A stretch of 63,069 nucleotides of DNA, the filler included. It is 11 parts of 11 records of this genome, joined end to end, with 100 filler letters (N's around TTAATTAATTAA, not from the genome) between each part and the next. Parts side by side here need not be neighbours in the genome. Positions count along the whole stretch, not along the records: positions 35,163 to 44,300 come from SRR15195285_1397; positions 44,401 to 48,456 come from SRR15195285_1405; positions 48,557 to 58,661 come from SRR15195285_1406; 8 more parts are not named here. The stretch is one strand, 5' to 3'. The notes below the pieces were generated by a model. The model was given only the letters and a program-made list of their open reading frames with translations, made no database searches and was not told the DNA's origin. The position numbers and the translations under genes are program-made. Positions 35,430 through 48,645 of the stretch are shown one piece after another. Every line of letters starts with the position of its first letter. The first letter of the stretch is position 1.

Positions 35430-38400
35430 ATGAATAGTATGGCGGCGATGGGAGGGCAGCCGCCCATAGAAATGAGCCCGGGCAGTTCGCTGCGTAACGG
35501 CTGCGTAACGGCTGCGCAGCGGTTGCGATCGCCCGGTGCGGCGGATGGGCGGCGGGTGGGGGGCTGGCGGGCGGTGCTGCTGCTGCTGAGCTGCGGCTTT
35601 TTGGTGATTGATGGCTGCAGTGACCGCTTCAGCGTCGGCTATGACGGGCAGGTCCGTGCCGTCCCGTGTGATGAGACTGGCAGCCTTGCTCCCCTCCCTC
35701 CCTGCCTGCCTGCACGGCTCAGACAGCAGGGCGGGACTGTGGTGATGCGAGAGAGAGCGCGCGCGATCTTGCTCCATGATATCTGTCTGTCGGAGCTGAG
35801 CTGACTGCGATGACGGAAGAGAGCTCTTTCCGCTTTCTTAGCTGTTTCTAGCCGCCGTGAGAGACTGATTGATGTGGTTGGTGTGGGACAGGCGGACGGG
35901 GGAAATGACTGCGCAGAGGTGGTGCTGGGCTGCACGGAGGTGCGTGGCTGGTTTCTGGCACCATTTTGATAGCCTCTGCCCCTCGTACTCCCCTATACAC
36001 ATGTCTCTCTTCCTGGGAGGGTGCACGTGCTTTGTTGAGTGGCTTCTTTTCGTGGCGATGACCGTGTCCGCTGCGGGGCCGATTCGCAGGAGGGGAGCAG
36101 CAACTACGACGCGAGCGCGAACGTGGACGACGGGAGCTGCAGCAGCGCCTGCCTTCCGGACCTGGCGTGGACGGACAGCGAAGGGCACGGCTGCGCGCAA
36201 TACTGGCAGACGTACTGTGGGTTTGAGGAGTCCGAGACGCGCTGCCCGACGGCCTGCGGCACCTACGTCAACTCGGAGCCGTCGAACGGCTGCGAGGGCC
36301 ACCCGAGCGCGGCAGCTGGGCATGGATGTGGCGGCGGGAGTATAGTGTGCAGCACAGGCGTGTTGCCGGGCTGCGATGGGATCCCGGGCAGTGCGGAGAC
36401 GGTCGACGCGTGTGGCGTCTGCGGGGGCGACGGCACGGCCTGCGCGTCGTGTGCCGCCGCGGCAGACTACTTCTGCCAGCGCAGCGTGGATGTCAACGCG
36501 GCCTTGGGGCAGGGTTCGACGTCTGACTGCCAGTCCTACATCGCGGGGCTGGAAGGGTACGGGGCGCTGTACGGAGCTGCGGTGCTCGAGCCCCACGACT
36601 GTGGAGACGCGTACGCTGCGTTTGAGCTGAGCGGCCACGCGGACGAGGCCTCGTGCATCGCAGCCCTGTCCGAGTGCGAAGGGGAGACTGTCGCACCCAC
36701 GGGGACTGGCCCGTGCACCGTACGGCAGCGGGAGCTCAGCGAGACATCCTGGGGACTGCACTGCTCGCAGCCATTTGAACAGACTGCAGTCATGTGCAGC
36801 GGCGGCTATAGCCACGAGCTGGCGTTTTCGCTGGCAAATGGACTCTTCGGTAGTGCCGCTGGTGCGTCGGGTGGTTGTTCGCCTGAGTGTGTATACAGCG
36901 CAGCCGATCCAGCGGGGGCCGCGTGGGAATGGGACGCGTCTGGTACCGGGTGTTGGGCGCCGGTGAGCACGTCGCATGCCTGCCTGGCTGGGAATGCCGC
37001 AGCGACAGCAGCTGCCGATACGGAGTCAGCGCTCTGTCCACTTCTCGCGGCCGATGTTCTGCAAGCAGAGGCGTACATCGGCACGCCAGAGCGAGTGGTG
37101 AGACAGTATTCTGCATCTGCTGGCGCTCCAACTAGCACCGGTGGAGGAAGCTGGGTGCGTAGCGATGGTATTCGTGCTGTGGATACCTATGACGTTTGCC
37201 TAGGGACGGTCGACGGTTTCACAGCCAGCGCGTCTGAACAGCGCTGCTACGCAACGAACCCCAACGTTCAGGCTGACGTGACTCTTTGCGATGCTGTCGT
37301 CAACGACGGCACTGCGGCTACATGCACTGGAGCTGGCACGGGATCACAATGCTCATACACACCCTCACTCGAGGGTGGTGGCCCAGTTTCTTGCGAGCCC
37401 ACGACAACTGCTGTGGGCTATCGTCCTCCAGCCTGCCCCACAGGCTGTACTGCAGCTGGAGACTGCGTCGTGGGGTGCACTGCAGGCCAAGACTGCGCGC
37501 CTGGCTGCACAGGCGACGGGGTTAAGGTTGCCGATGAGGCCGTCACAGATGTGGTTGGTAGCACTGCAGCATGGAAACTGGCGGACCAATCCACGACTGG
37601 TGGTTATGCCTGGTACCACACAGCTATATCCAAAAAAGCATTGCAGGGTGCTTTTACGTGTGGGTGGACGTTGCAGGCGCGCCTTCGAATCGTGAGCTGC
37701 GAGTCGCCGTCCAACTTCGTGATTCTGCAAGCGGAAACCAAGAGGTTTGCGTTCTATTTCTGCCTTGACGCAGCTGGAGACGGTTACGTGACAACCGGTG
37801 CATTCGGAACGTACACTTTCACTTCGGATGGCACTGGCGCAGATGCATACCACGATTTCGAGTTCACGTACGATCCTGGCGTGACAGCTGAAGGCGTGTT
37901 AGTCGCAGTTGATGGAGTTGTGTTGAACGCAGACACTCCATACGCTGGTGGCTTTCCAGCCACACGAGGCATTTCAAATGCGCTCAGCTTCGGAGCCTCA
38001 TCGTCATTTGGAAGAAGCCACGTCAATTATGCTGTAGTCCAGTGGGAGATGTTAGATCGCCCTTGCCTCAACTCCTACGGTGCATATGAGGGGTGCATGG
38101 ACAACCGATTCGGCAACTACGATGCTACTGCAACGATACAAGGGACGGCCTCCGTCTGCATTGATGCAGAGCCCCCGGAGATCAGCCTCATTGGTGACTC
38201 CCCACTCACTATCTCGCAGTTCAGCGTATATTCAGAGCCAGGGGCGACCGCCTTTGATACACTCGACCAGGACCGGACTTCGGACATGGCGATCTCTGGG
38301 GTGGTCGACACAGACGTGTTCGGGGATTACACTATCACATATACTGTCGATGACGTTTTGGGAAACCAGGCCTCAACAACGCGCATTGTGACTGTGACCG

Positions 38401-41400
38401 ATTATGACGAGTGCTTCAGTGGGCCTTGTGTGAACGGTGGCTCATGTGCACAAACGTCAGTACCGTCAGATGCCACATTGGCTGAGCATATTTTCACTTG
38501 CACGTGCGTAGCTGGCTGGGCCGGTGACACTTGCGCAACTGATTTCAACGAATGTGATGCTTCTCCATGTCTCAACTCCGGTGTCTGCAGTGACTCAACA
38601 TCGGACATCAGTGTAGAAGTGGGCTCCTATGCATGTGCTTGTGCAGCGGGTTTCAGTGGAACAATCTGTGAAACAGACGTCGATGAGTGCAGCTCAAGCC
38701 CGTGCCTAAATGGCGCAGCGTGTCACGACAGCAAATCGTGCGCCAGCAGCCCGTGTGCTGTTGGGCCGTACTTGGTTGTTGTTTCGGCAAGCACAGGGGC
38801 TGCCAGCGCAGTGGTTCCTGGTGGAACGTGCACAGGCATCCAAAATTCTGATTCAGATCAAGATGGAAGTACTGACTGCGCAGCAGTTGGGGCATTTTTA
38901 TCATCTGAAGCCGAGGAAGACTGTCCAACGTCGGACGGCTGTACTTACGAGTCAGCAAGCGGAGCGAACGCTATGGCTCTCTTTGGCGATGGCGTTTCAG
39001 TTGCAGGCACGGCGACTGTGGGTTATTTTCTTGGTTCTAGCTTTGCTGCTTTCGATTTCTCGACACAGCAAGAGACGCTGGCTGTCAAGGTGGATGGTGT
39101 AGAGCGCACAGCAGTTCTGACGGCCAATATTGAGTCTGCTACGGCTGCAGCACAGTACCTGAGGACGTTACTGACAGGTGCGGTCGTCTCCCTACAGGAA
39201 GGTGTTGAGTTGCTCGCCATTCACTCGACAAGCCCCGGTGCCGAGAGCTCAATCGAGGTGCTAGCTAGCAGTGGTCAAAATGCCTTGGCAATGCTCGGAA
39301 GCGGTGCAGCCACGCCTGGCACCGCAACAGGCGGTAGCTTCTCAGGAGCTTCTTTCACACCTTATGACTTCAGTTCCACACGGGAGGAGCTGCTCACACT
39401 CACTGTGGACGGCACTAGTCAGACAGTCACAGTAGATGCAACCATTCAGACTGTGCGTGAAGCAGCGACATTTCTGTCAGCTACGGTCACAGCAGCAAGT
39501 GTGACCCGCTCTAATGTGGTGCCTGCCTTCGATTCGTACGAATGCGCTGCGTGTGCTTCCGGATGGTCAGGCGAAAACTGTGCAGACGATATTGATGATT
39601 GCAGTAGCAATCCCTGCGACTACGGCACGGTCTGTACTGATACAGGACCGAATTCATACAGTTGTGCTTGTCCTTCTAACCGCGGTGGAAATGAATGTCA
39701 GGACTGGGATGAATGCTCGTCCTCGCCGTGTGTCAATGCTGCAGAATGTTACGACTCCTTGGACGGCACGTTGTTTAATCAAAGAATCAACTTTCAGCCA
39801 CCAGGGACACCCACGCCAAACACGTATCTAGCTGACGAGGGGGCACTTTTTGGGTCGCGCCCCGGCAGCGATCTTGATTACGGTTGGAATTGTGAGCTCG
39901 ATGTCGGCACTTCCGTAACTATCGATGCCAGGCGAGGCTACGATGACCGCCGTTCTGTGCGTGATAATACTCTGATGATTCCGAATCGTTACGAAGAGCA
40001 CTTCAATGGTGGCTCGTGCGCATCGCCTGTAGTATGGGAACTGCAGGTTCCCGATGGTGCCTACGAGGTCACTGTTGGATTTGCAGTAGTGGACATAATG
40101 CGTGGCGATCCACAGGCGTCGTACACAGCAGGCTGCATCCTGGAGGGGATACCAGTCGGTGTCGGCGATACCACCACCACGATAATTGAAGGTGTGTGGG
40201 AAACCTCTGCCAAACACGGCGGCACAGTCGCTGACACGCCAGATGGATGCCAGTGTGCAATGCCCTTCTCGTACGCGGGTACAGTTTACAACCAGTGCAT
40301 CACGTTACCTTCTAGTGGTACCGTGAATCTAGACGGTACACAGTATGACCCAGATAGACAAGCGTCGGAAGTACCGATTCGGTATTGCGCAACGACTAAC
40401 CAATGTGGCAAAGAATCCGGCGTGTTTTCAACGGGATACTACGACCAGTGTGCTCATAGTGATGCCGCCACAGGGCTACTCACCCGGGAGTCCACAAACG
40501 TAGTTCACGTGTCAGACGGACGGCTCACTTTGAAGGGCGAATATTCAGCCAATTGCTCTGCCTTGTCGTATATCATCGTTGGCAAGCCAGGTGGACTCAC
40601 TGTAGAGGAAGGTGTGTACCGCTGTGTTTGCTCTTTTGGATGGATGGGTAGCAACTGTGAGACACCTGTCAATGAGTGCACGACGGATACGCACAGCTGT
40701 GACCGAGATATTCAGCCAGTTGTAAGCCAAAGTGCCGAAGCACTGCACCGTGCGCACAGACAGTGTGATGGGGTACAGTGCACACGGGACGTTACGCGCC
40801 TGCACTGGACTATGTGGCCCGAGCGATCCATCCAAAACCTAGGTCAAAGTCAGTGCACGGCCACTGCCGCGGGGCGGTTTGACTGCACGTGCCTGGCGGG
40901 ATATGAGGGAAACGGGCACGAGTGCAACGACATCGACGAGTGCAGTTCATCCCCATGTAAAAATGGTGGAACTTGCTCTGATTCAATCACCGATCCATCT
41001 ATGTTTTTCGTCAACTCGTATGGATGCACGTGCGTTGCTGGTTTTGAGGGACCGAATTGCGAAGTTGACACCGATGAGTGCTTGAGCAGCCCATGCAAGA
41101 ATGGCGCGGAATGTCTAGAGTCGCAGTCGCAGGTTCATTGCTCATATTTGGGTCTAGGTTTCATGTCATGTGGATCCGATTGCATTCCAGAGATGGTTCC
41201 ATGCACAGATACATACCGATGTTCATGTGTCATGGGGTTTGCAAACGGCCTGTGCCATTATGATTACATCACTGAGTACACGAATGAGTGCACAGTTCTG
41301 GAGAGCATAGAGCGTGCGTCTTTAGTATTGGCCTCCGCTCTTGTGCAGCCAACAGCCAACCAGGTATTGCGTGGATCCGACCGTGCAGATCACGAACCGT

Positions 41401-44300
41401 GGGTTTCAGATGCATGGCCAGCCTGGGTGAAGGTTGGAGCACTCGCCTTATATCATACAGACAGTGGTCCGTTCACGCCAGCCGTGCACAGAATCGGGGT
41501 TGTCAGCCACGTCTCAGATATTGATGGAAAGGTCAGGCTGGTCTGGCAAGACAACACACTTTCTGACAGACTTGCGGCTTCCGTGCTTAATCGTCCAACG
41601 GCAACCGAGCTTGCAGACAACCCGTGGACGACCACTTGCTGGGAACCGACCACTTGGGTCGGCAGTGACTTGTTCACTCCGATTGCATGCCCTTGGGCCA
41701 TCTGGATCGAGCTGGGTGCAGTCGCTTGGTACAACTACAGAATTTATGTCAGGGATGGTACTCCAGGCGTAGTGTGTGATGGACCCAGTGAAATCGGCAA
41801 AGTACGGCTACTGTGGGAAGATGGAAGCATCAGCGACTGGATTTTTGCCTCCGATCTCACACCGCCGGAAGAAGTGCGAGATACCCCGTCATGGATTTCA
41901 AGCGACATTTCGCCGAGTACGCCATCTTGGATTGCCGACAGTTGGCCGCGCTGGATTCAGCCGGGTGTCCTTGTCCGTCGGCTTGCGGTCGACTTGGCAG
42001 AATGCGAGTCTGTGAATGATGATTCGTTCCAGCTCATTGATTCACAGGCATGCTTGAGCGCTGGTGCATGTACATACATTGCTGACGACTCAAGCACTCC
42101 GGCCTTCGATGCCAGGTGCATGGCTACCGACATGGATAGAGTGGGCATAGTAAAGCATGGCCCGGATACCGCTGGTGATGTTACACTGATCTGGGAAGAT
42201 GGATCGTACAGCGAAAGCATACGAGCTTCAGTTCTGGTACGGCCTATACCAGACTGCGAAGATGACCTCGTGTGGACACACACCAACCGTGGAGTCGCTT
42301 ACACCTGCGCCGAATTTGCTGCGAGTCCTAACTTAGGCGTATCAGTGTGTGAAGAACCTTGGGCATTAGGGACGGACGCTGATGGCTGGTCTGTTACGGC
42401 GTATGTTGCGTGTGAGATTTCATGTCCTCTGACGGACAGACCACGGGCTTGTACGAACGCATTGCCAACTGCCTGGGCTGCTGAGACCTGGGCAGCTTGG
42501 GTTTATCAGGGCGCTACGGTGCGCCTTGATGACCCAATCGGCGTCGACCCTCAGATTGGTGTGGTAAGCTACGGACCAGACGCCAATGGCTACGTACAAT
42601 TTATTCGATCAGATAATACAGTTAGTGGTTACAGTGGAAATTGCGATATTGACGTCAACGAATGTGACAGCAGTCCTTGTGTAAACCGCGCGTCCTGCTC
42701 GGATTCTAAAATCATTCGGCATCACCTAGCTCCTGAAGTCTCCTATCACGCGTACCAATGCACATGCGTGGATGGCTACACCAACGGGATGTGCGAGTAC
42801 GATTTCATTGCAGAATACACTGCACTGTGCTCTGTGAAAGACAGTTTAGACATTGCAGCATACTGTGAGGTCGTTGGACCTGGCTTGAAACCGTGCCTCG
42901 GTTCCTCGCATGTGAGCTGTGTTCCAGCCACTGGAGACTGTGCTACCTTTCGCACTTCGTATCAATTGCAGCCGTTTGGTGGAAACTGCGACATTGATGT
43001 AAACGAATGCGATAGCAACCCATGTCAGAATGGTGCTACCTGCGTCGACTCATCTGAGGCAGGGACCGCAGTTTCTGGGGTGTCTCTACATACATACCGA
43101 TGCCTGTGTATCGCAGGATTTACAAATGGCCTGTGCGAGTACCCATTTCGTGGCGAATACGCCTCGCAATGCTCGGTTGAGGAAAGCAGTCGCGAAGGCA
43201 GTCCAGATGAGTTCGTGTTCTATACAGGTTTGATATCTCAGGGCCCATATTCGTCGTCACGAAACGAATATCGTGTCAGCGCGGGAAACTGCAACATAGA
43301 TGTGGATGAATGCTTTAGTAATCCATGCGTTCACGGTGGGAAGTGCCTTGAATCTAGAATGGACCGCTCTGTCGGGTACGATGCATATCGTTGTCTTTGC
43401 GTGGAAGGTTACACCGCAGGTGTCTGTGATTACACCTTCATAACCGAATACTCCGGTGAATGTACTGTAACGGAGAGCTCCAACGCAGCAAAATGTGAGC
43501 CGCTGGGTGCAGGTTTCGTCTTGTGTGGAGAAGACTGCGTACTCTCTGGGATATTGTGCAGCCTGAACGGCAATTGTGAGGTTGATCTTGACGAGTGCCA
43601 TAGCAACCCGTGCCAGAACAGTGCGGCTTGTACGGATTCAACCGACTCCACAGAGATATCGATAGACTCATACCGCTGTACCTGCGCGCCTGGCTTTGCC
43701 AATGGAGCATGCGAGTACGATTTCATTCCAGAATACTTGTTTGAGTGTCGGATTATGGACACCCGGGAGCGTTCCAACTGTGATCAGCTCGGAGGAGGTT
43801 TCGTGCCCTGTGGGGGTGCCTGTGTTCCATCTTTCACAGGGGTGCGAGGGGCCGATTCTTGTGACCTGCTGTATGAGCTCGAGGGTAACTGTGACATCGA
43901 CGTCGACGAGTGCTCCAGCACGCCTTGCGTTAACGACGCCAGCTGCAGTGAGTCGACAGTGGAACCCGATGTAACGTACCACGCTTATCAGTGCACGTGT
44001 GTGCCTGGCTTCTCGAACGGAGTCTGTGAGTACGACTTTATAGCAGAGTACGATGTAGAGTGCGCGGTGATGGAGAGTGAGCAACTGGGCGAGTTTGCTG
44101 GCAGCATTTGGAGCTGGCAAGGTTTGTCTCAGCAATACACGCCGATAGACTGTTCTGTGCTCGGCAACATGATTGCCTGTGACGACAAATGCGTGCCCAC
44201 AGTCAATCGAGGCACAACAGAAACGTGTGTTCATCTTGGAGGTAACTGTGACATTGATGTAGACGAGTGTGCCAGCAACCCGTGCCAGAACGGTGCCACC
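35430..44300 (+). CDS. Giant Notch/fibropellin-like secreted or surface protein (>2800 aa, 3' partial) with many Ca-binding EGF repeats plus lectin-like, DUF5011/Ig-like, CBM-like, FN2-like and SH3-like modules
   Basis: Exon 1 35430-35651 has a hydrophobic leader. Intron 35652-36089 restores GCSD..NYDASANVDDGSC. The 2769-aa ORF has many D(V/I)(D/N)EC.S.PC.N motifs and a DUF5011-like PPEISLIGD...EPGATAFD segment. Confidence 0.9.
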
Positions 44301-44733
44301 NNNNNNNNNNNNNNNNNNNNNNNNNNNNNNNNNNNNNNNNNNNNTTAATTAATTAANNNNNNNNNNNNNNNNNNNNNNNNNNNNNNNNNNNNNNNNNNNN
44401 GTTCTGTGAGAATTCGTGGGGGCGTGCATGAAGCATGTAAGCGGGCGTGACGACCCGCGGGGTCCACCGGCGTTCTACTGGGCCACTCTGCTGATGGCTG
44501 CCGATGCGGAAAGCGAAAACTTTGCTCGCCACGCCTCTATCTGTGCGCACGGGGTACGGTGTTGTTGAGCGTTGTGCGTTGGTTGTCTCGCGCTGCTAGC
44601 AGTGGTACGTACGTTGAAACGTGCACTTCAAGCTGCACACCATTACAAGACGGGCTCAGCTACTCTGCCCGTGCGACCATCCCGCGGACCCCGGCGCTGC
44701 TACTGCAAATCAGCCTTCCGTGCTACGCCGTCA

Positions 44734-47700
44734 ATGGCGCCAGGATGCTGCGCGTGCTGGCGCAACAGGGACATCCGCTTCCAACTGGTTGCGATGTACG
44801 GATTCACGGGCGCACTGCTCTCAGCGTGCCTGGTCGCGATCGTCGCGTTCGGGGTCTTCCACGTCAAGAACACCGTTGTCGACACGTCCTCCAAGAAACT
44901 GCTTGAGCAGGTGCTTTCAATCCAGCAGCTGCAGATGAACGAGGCAGGCGAGGTCTTCACCGGCAAGATGGACCTCGGGCTCTCGGCCTTTGTGCTGCCG
45001 TTCGCGCACGTGCTGTGGGAGTCGCACCAGGATGGCTTTCCACTGGTTGCTGGACCTACATTCTGGGACTACCCGGACACCATTCAGGGAGGGTCCCTCA
45101 CTACCATCCCGCGCTACGGCGAGAACGACGTGCGGCTCGACGCGGGCACGACCTTCTGGTCGGGCATGCCGGTTTCGCCCTCCCTCTCCGACCTCAGCGC
45201 GCTCTCGAGCCGACTGGACAGCTACATCGCACCGACGAATTATATGGCCACAGTCTTCCAGGCTAACTTCTTGAGCGAGACCAATCTCGACTGGATCGGT
45301 ACATTCTATACGACGGCGCGACCGGCATCGAACTACAGGCTCACCGGAGATCCGGTTCACAGGCCGCTGCTCATGAAGGCCTACCCAGGACGGGTCCTTG
45401 CGCCACGCTGCGATTGCGGGACCAGTGAGCCTCACGCTGATGACACGATCGGGGCAGTGAACCCGAATTGTATGCTGCCGAACGACTGTGTTGCCGAAAC
45501 GGATCGCTTGCAGAGCATGTTGTTGCAAGGGTCAGCGTGCGACATAATAGGCAACACTGACACATTCTTGACTGCAAATCCAAGCTGCCGGCAGTTCCAA
45601 TCTCGCACGCTCGATGCCACAACGAGGCCTTGGTATGCGGATATCTATCGTCCAACAGCGGACACAGCGATGCGATGGGGAACGGGGTGGCCTAACGGTC
45701 CGATCGCAGCTGTCACCACTTCTGTATCCTCCCAAGGTTACCGCCCTGGCTACTCCGCCCCACACCGATGGGTGACTAGTGGCATGCCGTTCACCATCTC
45801 GATCGGGCTGACGGCGATGCTACCGCGGTCCAGCGGAAGTGGCCTTGAGTCGCTTGGCACGATTCACACCGACTTGTCCATACCGGCGGTGCAAACGTTC
45901 GTGGACATTAGCGCGCGCAAGACTGGGAAGGCGCATTTGTTCCAGACGACGAGCGGCAAGATCGTCGCCTCCAAGATGTGGAATCTTGAACGAGACACTG
46001 AGTACAGCTCAAGCGACGGCATGGACTGGGAGCGGGTGAAGGGTGGAGTCGACGTGAATACGATCAAGATCATCGGGCCCGAAGAGTATGATTCAGACCG
46101 TGACTATGAGACATTGGACGATGTTCCAACTTTCGGTCAAGCACAGATTCAGGAGCGCATCGAAAACTGGGAGGTAGACGATGAATTTGAAACGATGGGT
46201 CGCGACGGCGGATCGTTCACAGTCGATGGGCGCTACGAGGTGGTGTACGCCCGGATCGGATCAAATCGGGACTTCATTACCTGTGCAGTCACCCGTAAGA
46301 GCGAAATTCTGCAGCCAATCGTCGACCAGACCGAGGAGATTGACGAGTCCGCCGACGAGCTGTTTCTAGCGGTCTTGGTCGGTGTTACTGTGATCGGCAG
46401 CCTGATCGTTGTCGTGGCCGTACTCCTTGCTGTGCAGATTTCCGCGCCGCTAGTTCGCGTCGGGAACAAAGCCGAGCGGATGGCTGAAAACATAGGTGAC
46501 GATCTGCTCAAGGGCGTGAGCAGTGGCGGCGACGATGGATGTGGGCCAAAGATCAAGGAGATGCAGGACCTGAAGGTCGCCTTCGAGGGCCTCGTGAGCG
46601 AAAGGAAGAAGCTGCAAAGCGCGAAGAAGGGGAGGACCGACAATCCACCCAACCCGTTCTATTCGGTCTGCTTAGATATCGAAAGGCAAGCGACGTCTCC
46701 TTTGCCCCCATGGCAGGCCCATACATCAGCGGTTGAATTAGTGCCCCCCAGCAGTGCAGCTGAGCGTGCTCCACCCAGCGGAGCCGGTGAAAGGACGACG
46801 CTGGTCGAACAAGAGCAGCTCGAACCAGAAAAAGGAAGTGCTCGCTCGGGATGTCCGCTGAAAGTGTGGGTGTGGGGCTGCTTTGTGCTACCGGTCGCAG
46901 TCGCGTGCATTGCCGTCACCACTATCACAGCCGTGCGAGTGTCCGGGAGCGCCGCCGAGTGGACAGATCCTGTCGAACAAACGATGATTGAGGAGGCTCT
47001 GAACGGCATCAAGGAGCGGACGGCGCTGCGGTCTGAGCTAGTTGGAATCACCCTGAGCTCCTGCGTCAACGCACTGCGGCTGAAGGTCGACATTACCGAG
47101 GGAATCCTCGAGGGCCGAGTGGCGACGACGGCGGACATGCCGTACAAATCGCCGTATGCCGCCCCGAGGGAGGACTGCTACGGAGACCCGAATGATTTCG
47201 AGTGCCCAAGCCTTACCTCAGAGCCTATGCAGCGTGGACGCGAGGGGCGTGAGGATGGCATGATCTCTTACAAGAAAAGCGGATGGTTTGCACCGCCGCC
47301 TGACGCGATGCAGGCGTACAGCTTCGAAAGTCCTTATGCAAGCTGGAGCAGCGTGTCGGCGGCGGATGTACGAAACGTGACCAAGCGCTTTGCTCGGGAT
47401 GTGCTGCCGGCAGTCGATGCGGCGAACCGAATCGTGTACATGTCCTTTCCAGTAGACTCGATCTACGAGGGATATTTCGGCCACCCACACTACAAGGCTG
47501 AGGCGCGGGCAGTACCGCCGGAGCTGATCTCCATGTATCCGTATGCAGACAAGAGTGGCCTCCGGACAAAGAACATGGACTGTTCCGAGGGAACTGAAGG
47601 TGCCATCACTTCGAGGTCAACTGTCAGCTACACGCCTATCTGCCGCCCGTGGTTCTGGGATGTGTGGAAAACTGCACCGGCCACACCAGTTGCAGTAAAG

Positions 47701-48456
47701 GACCGCCCTGCTACGTTCCATGGGATCGACCTAGCCTCTGACAACGGCGAGCCGTTCCTGTCTTTGGCAATGCCGCTGTATAAGGGAGGCAAAATGGTTG
47801 GTGTGACCGCCGTTGATGCGGCGTTGGGCCAGATAAGCCGGCTTCTTGAGGAAACCCCGGTGCTCGACAATGGGTACAGCTACATCGTTGATCGGAGTGG
47901 CATGGTTATCTACCACCCAAGATACAAAGGGGATACGAGCTGGAGCAAGGCTGAGTTTGATCGCCAGACGCATATCCTGCACGTGGAGGGCGATGGGGAC
48001 TCTGACAGACGTTCGCGCTTCGAGGCTGTCTGGGACAAGATCCGCACAGCGCAGCCGGGCAGCCCACCAGTCGAGGTGCAATGGAACCCAGATGAGGACG
48101 ATCTCTACTACGTCTACTATCAGAGCGTGCCGGACTGTCCTTATATCTTCGTGATGACCGCGCCCAAAACAGACGTGATCCGACCGGTGACTGAGATGCG
48201 CGGTGACGTGGCCGAGACCGTCGTTGTCTCCATCATTATGTTCGTTATCGTTTCGGGTGTCGCAGGATGCGTTATCGTCATGTCAACCACGTACCTGGGC
48301 AAAAATATAGCCACGCCGGTTGAAGGGCTGGCGGATCTCCTGGAGGCCGGTGCAGAAAATGGGTACCAGACGAAAGTGGCACACGTGCTGCCAGAGCCGC
48401 GGTCGTCGCACCAAATGCAGCAGATGGCGAGTGCTGCCGAGAAGCTGTTGATAGCC
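44734..48456 (+). CDS. Membrane sensor with two tandem TM-dCache-TM-HAMP-like modules (3' partial)
   Basis: dCache_1 signatures DATTRPWY and YTPICRPWF, GVTAVD, GYSYIVDRSGMVIYHP. Four TM helices. HAMP-like segments ISAPLVRV...EMQDLKVAF and IATPVEGL...QMQQMASAAE. Confidence 0.78.
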
Positions 48457-48645
48457 NNNNNNNNNNNNNNNNNNNNNNNNNNNNNNNNNNNNNNNNNNNN
48501 TTAATTAATTAANNNNNNNNNNNNNNNNNNNNNNNNNNNNNNNNNNNNNNNNNNNNCGCTGCCGCCGCCGCCGCCGCCGCCGCCGCGTCTTGAATGCCAT
48601 CTCTCTCTCTCTCACACACAAGGTGAACCCGCCCGCCGAGTGCAG

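Noticed and set aside
35262-36977. Long antisense or alternative-frame ORFs (e.g. 35838-36977 minus, 27658-28374 minus)
   Set aside because: Shadow ORFs expected from GC-rich coding sequence on the opposite strand; no recognisable motifs.
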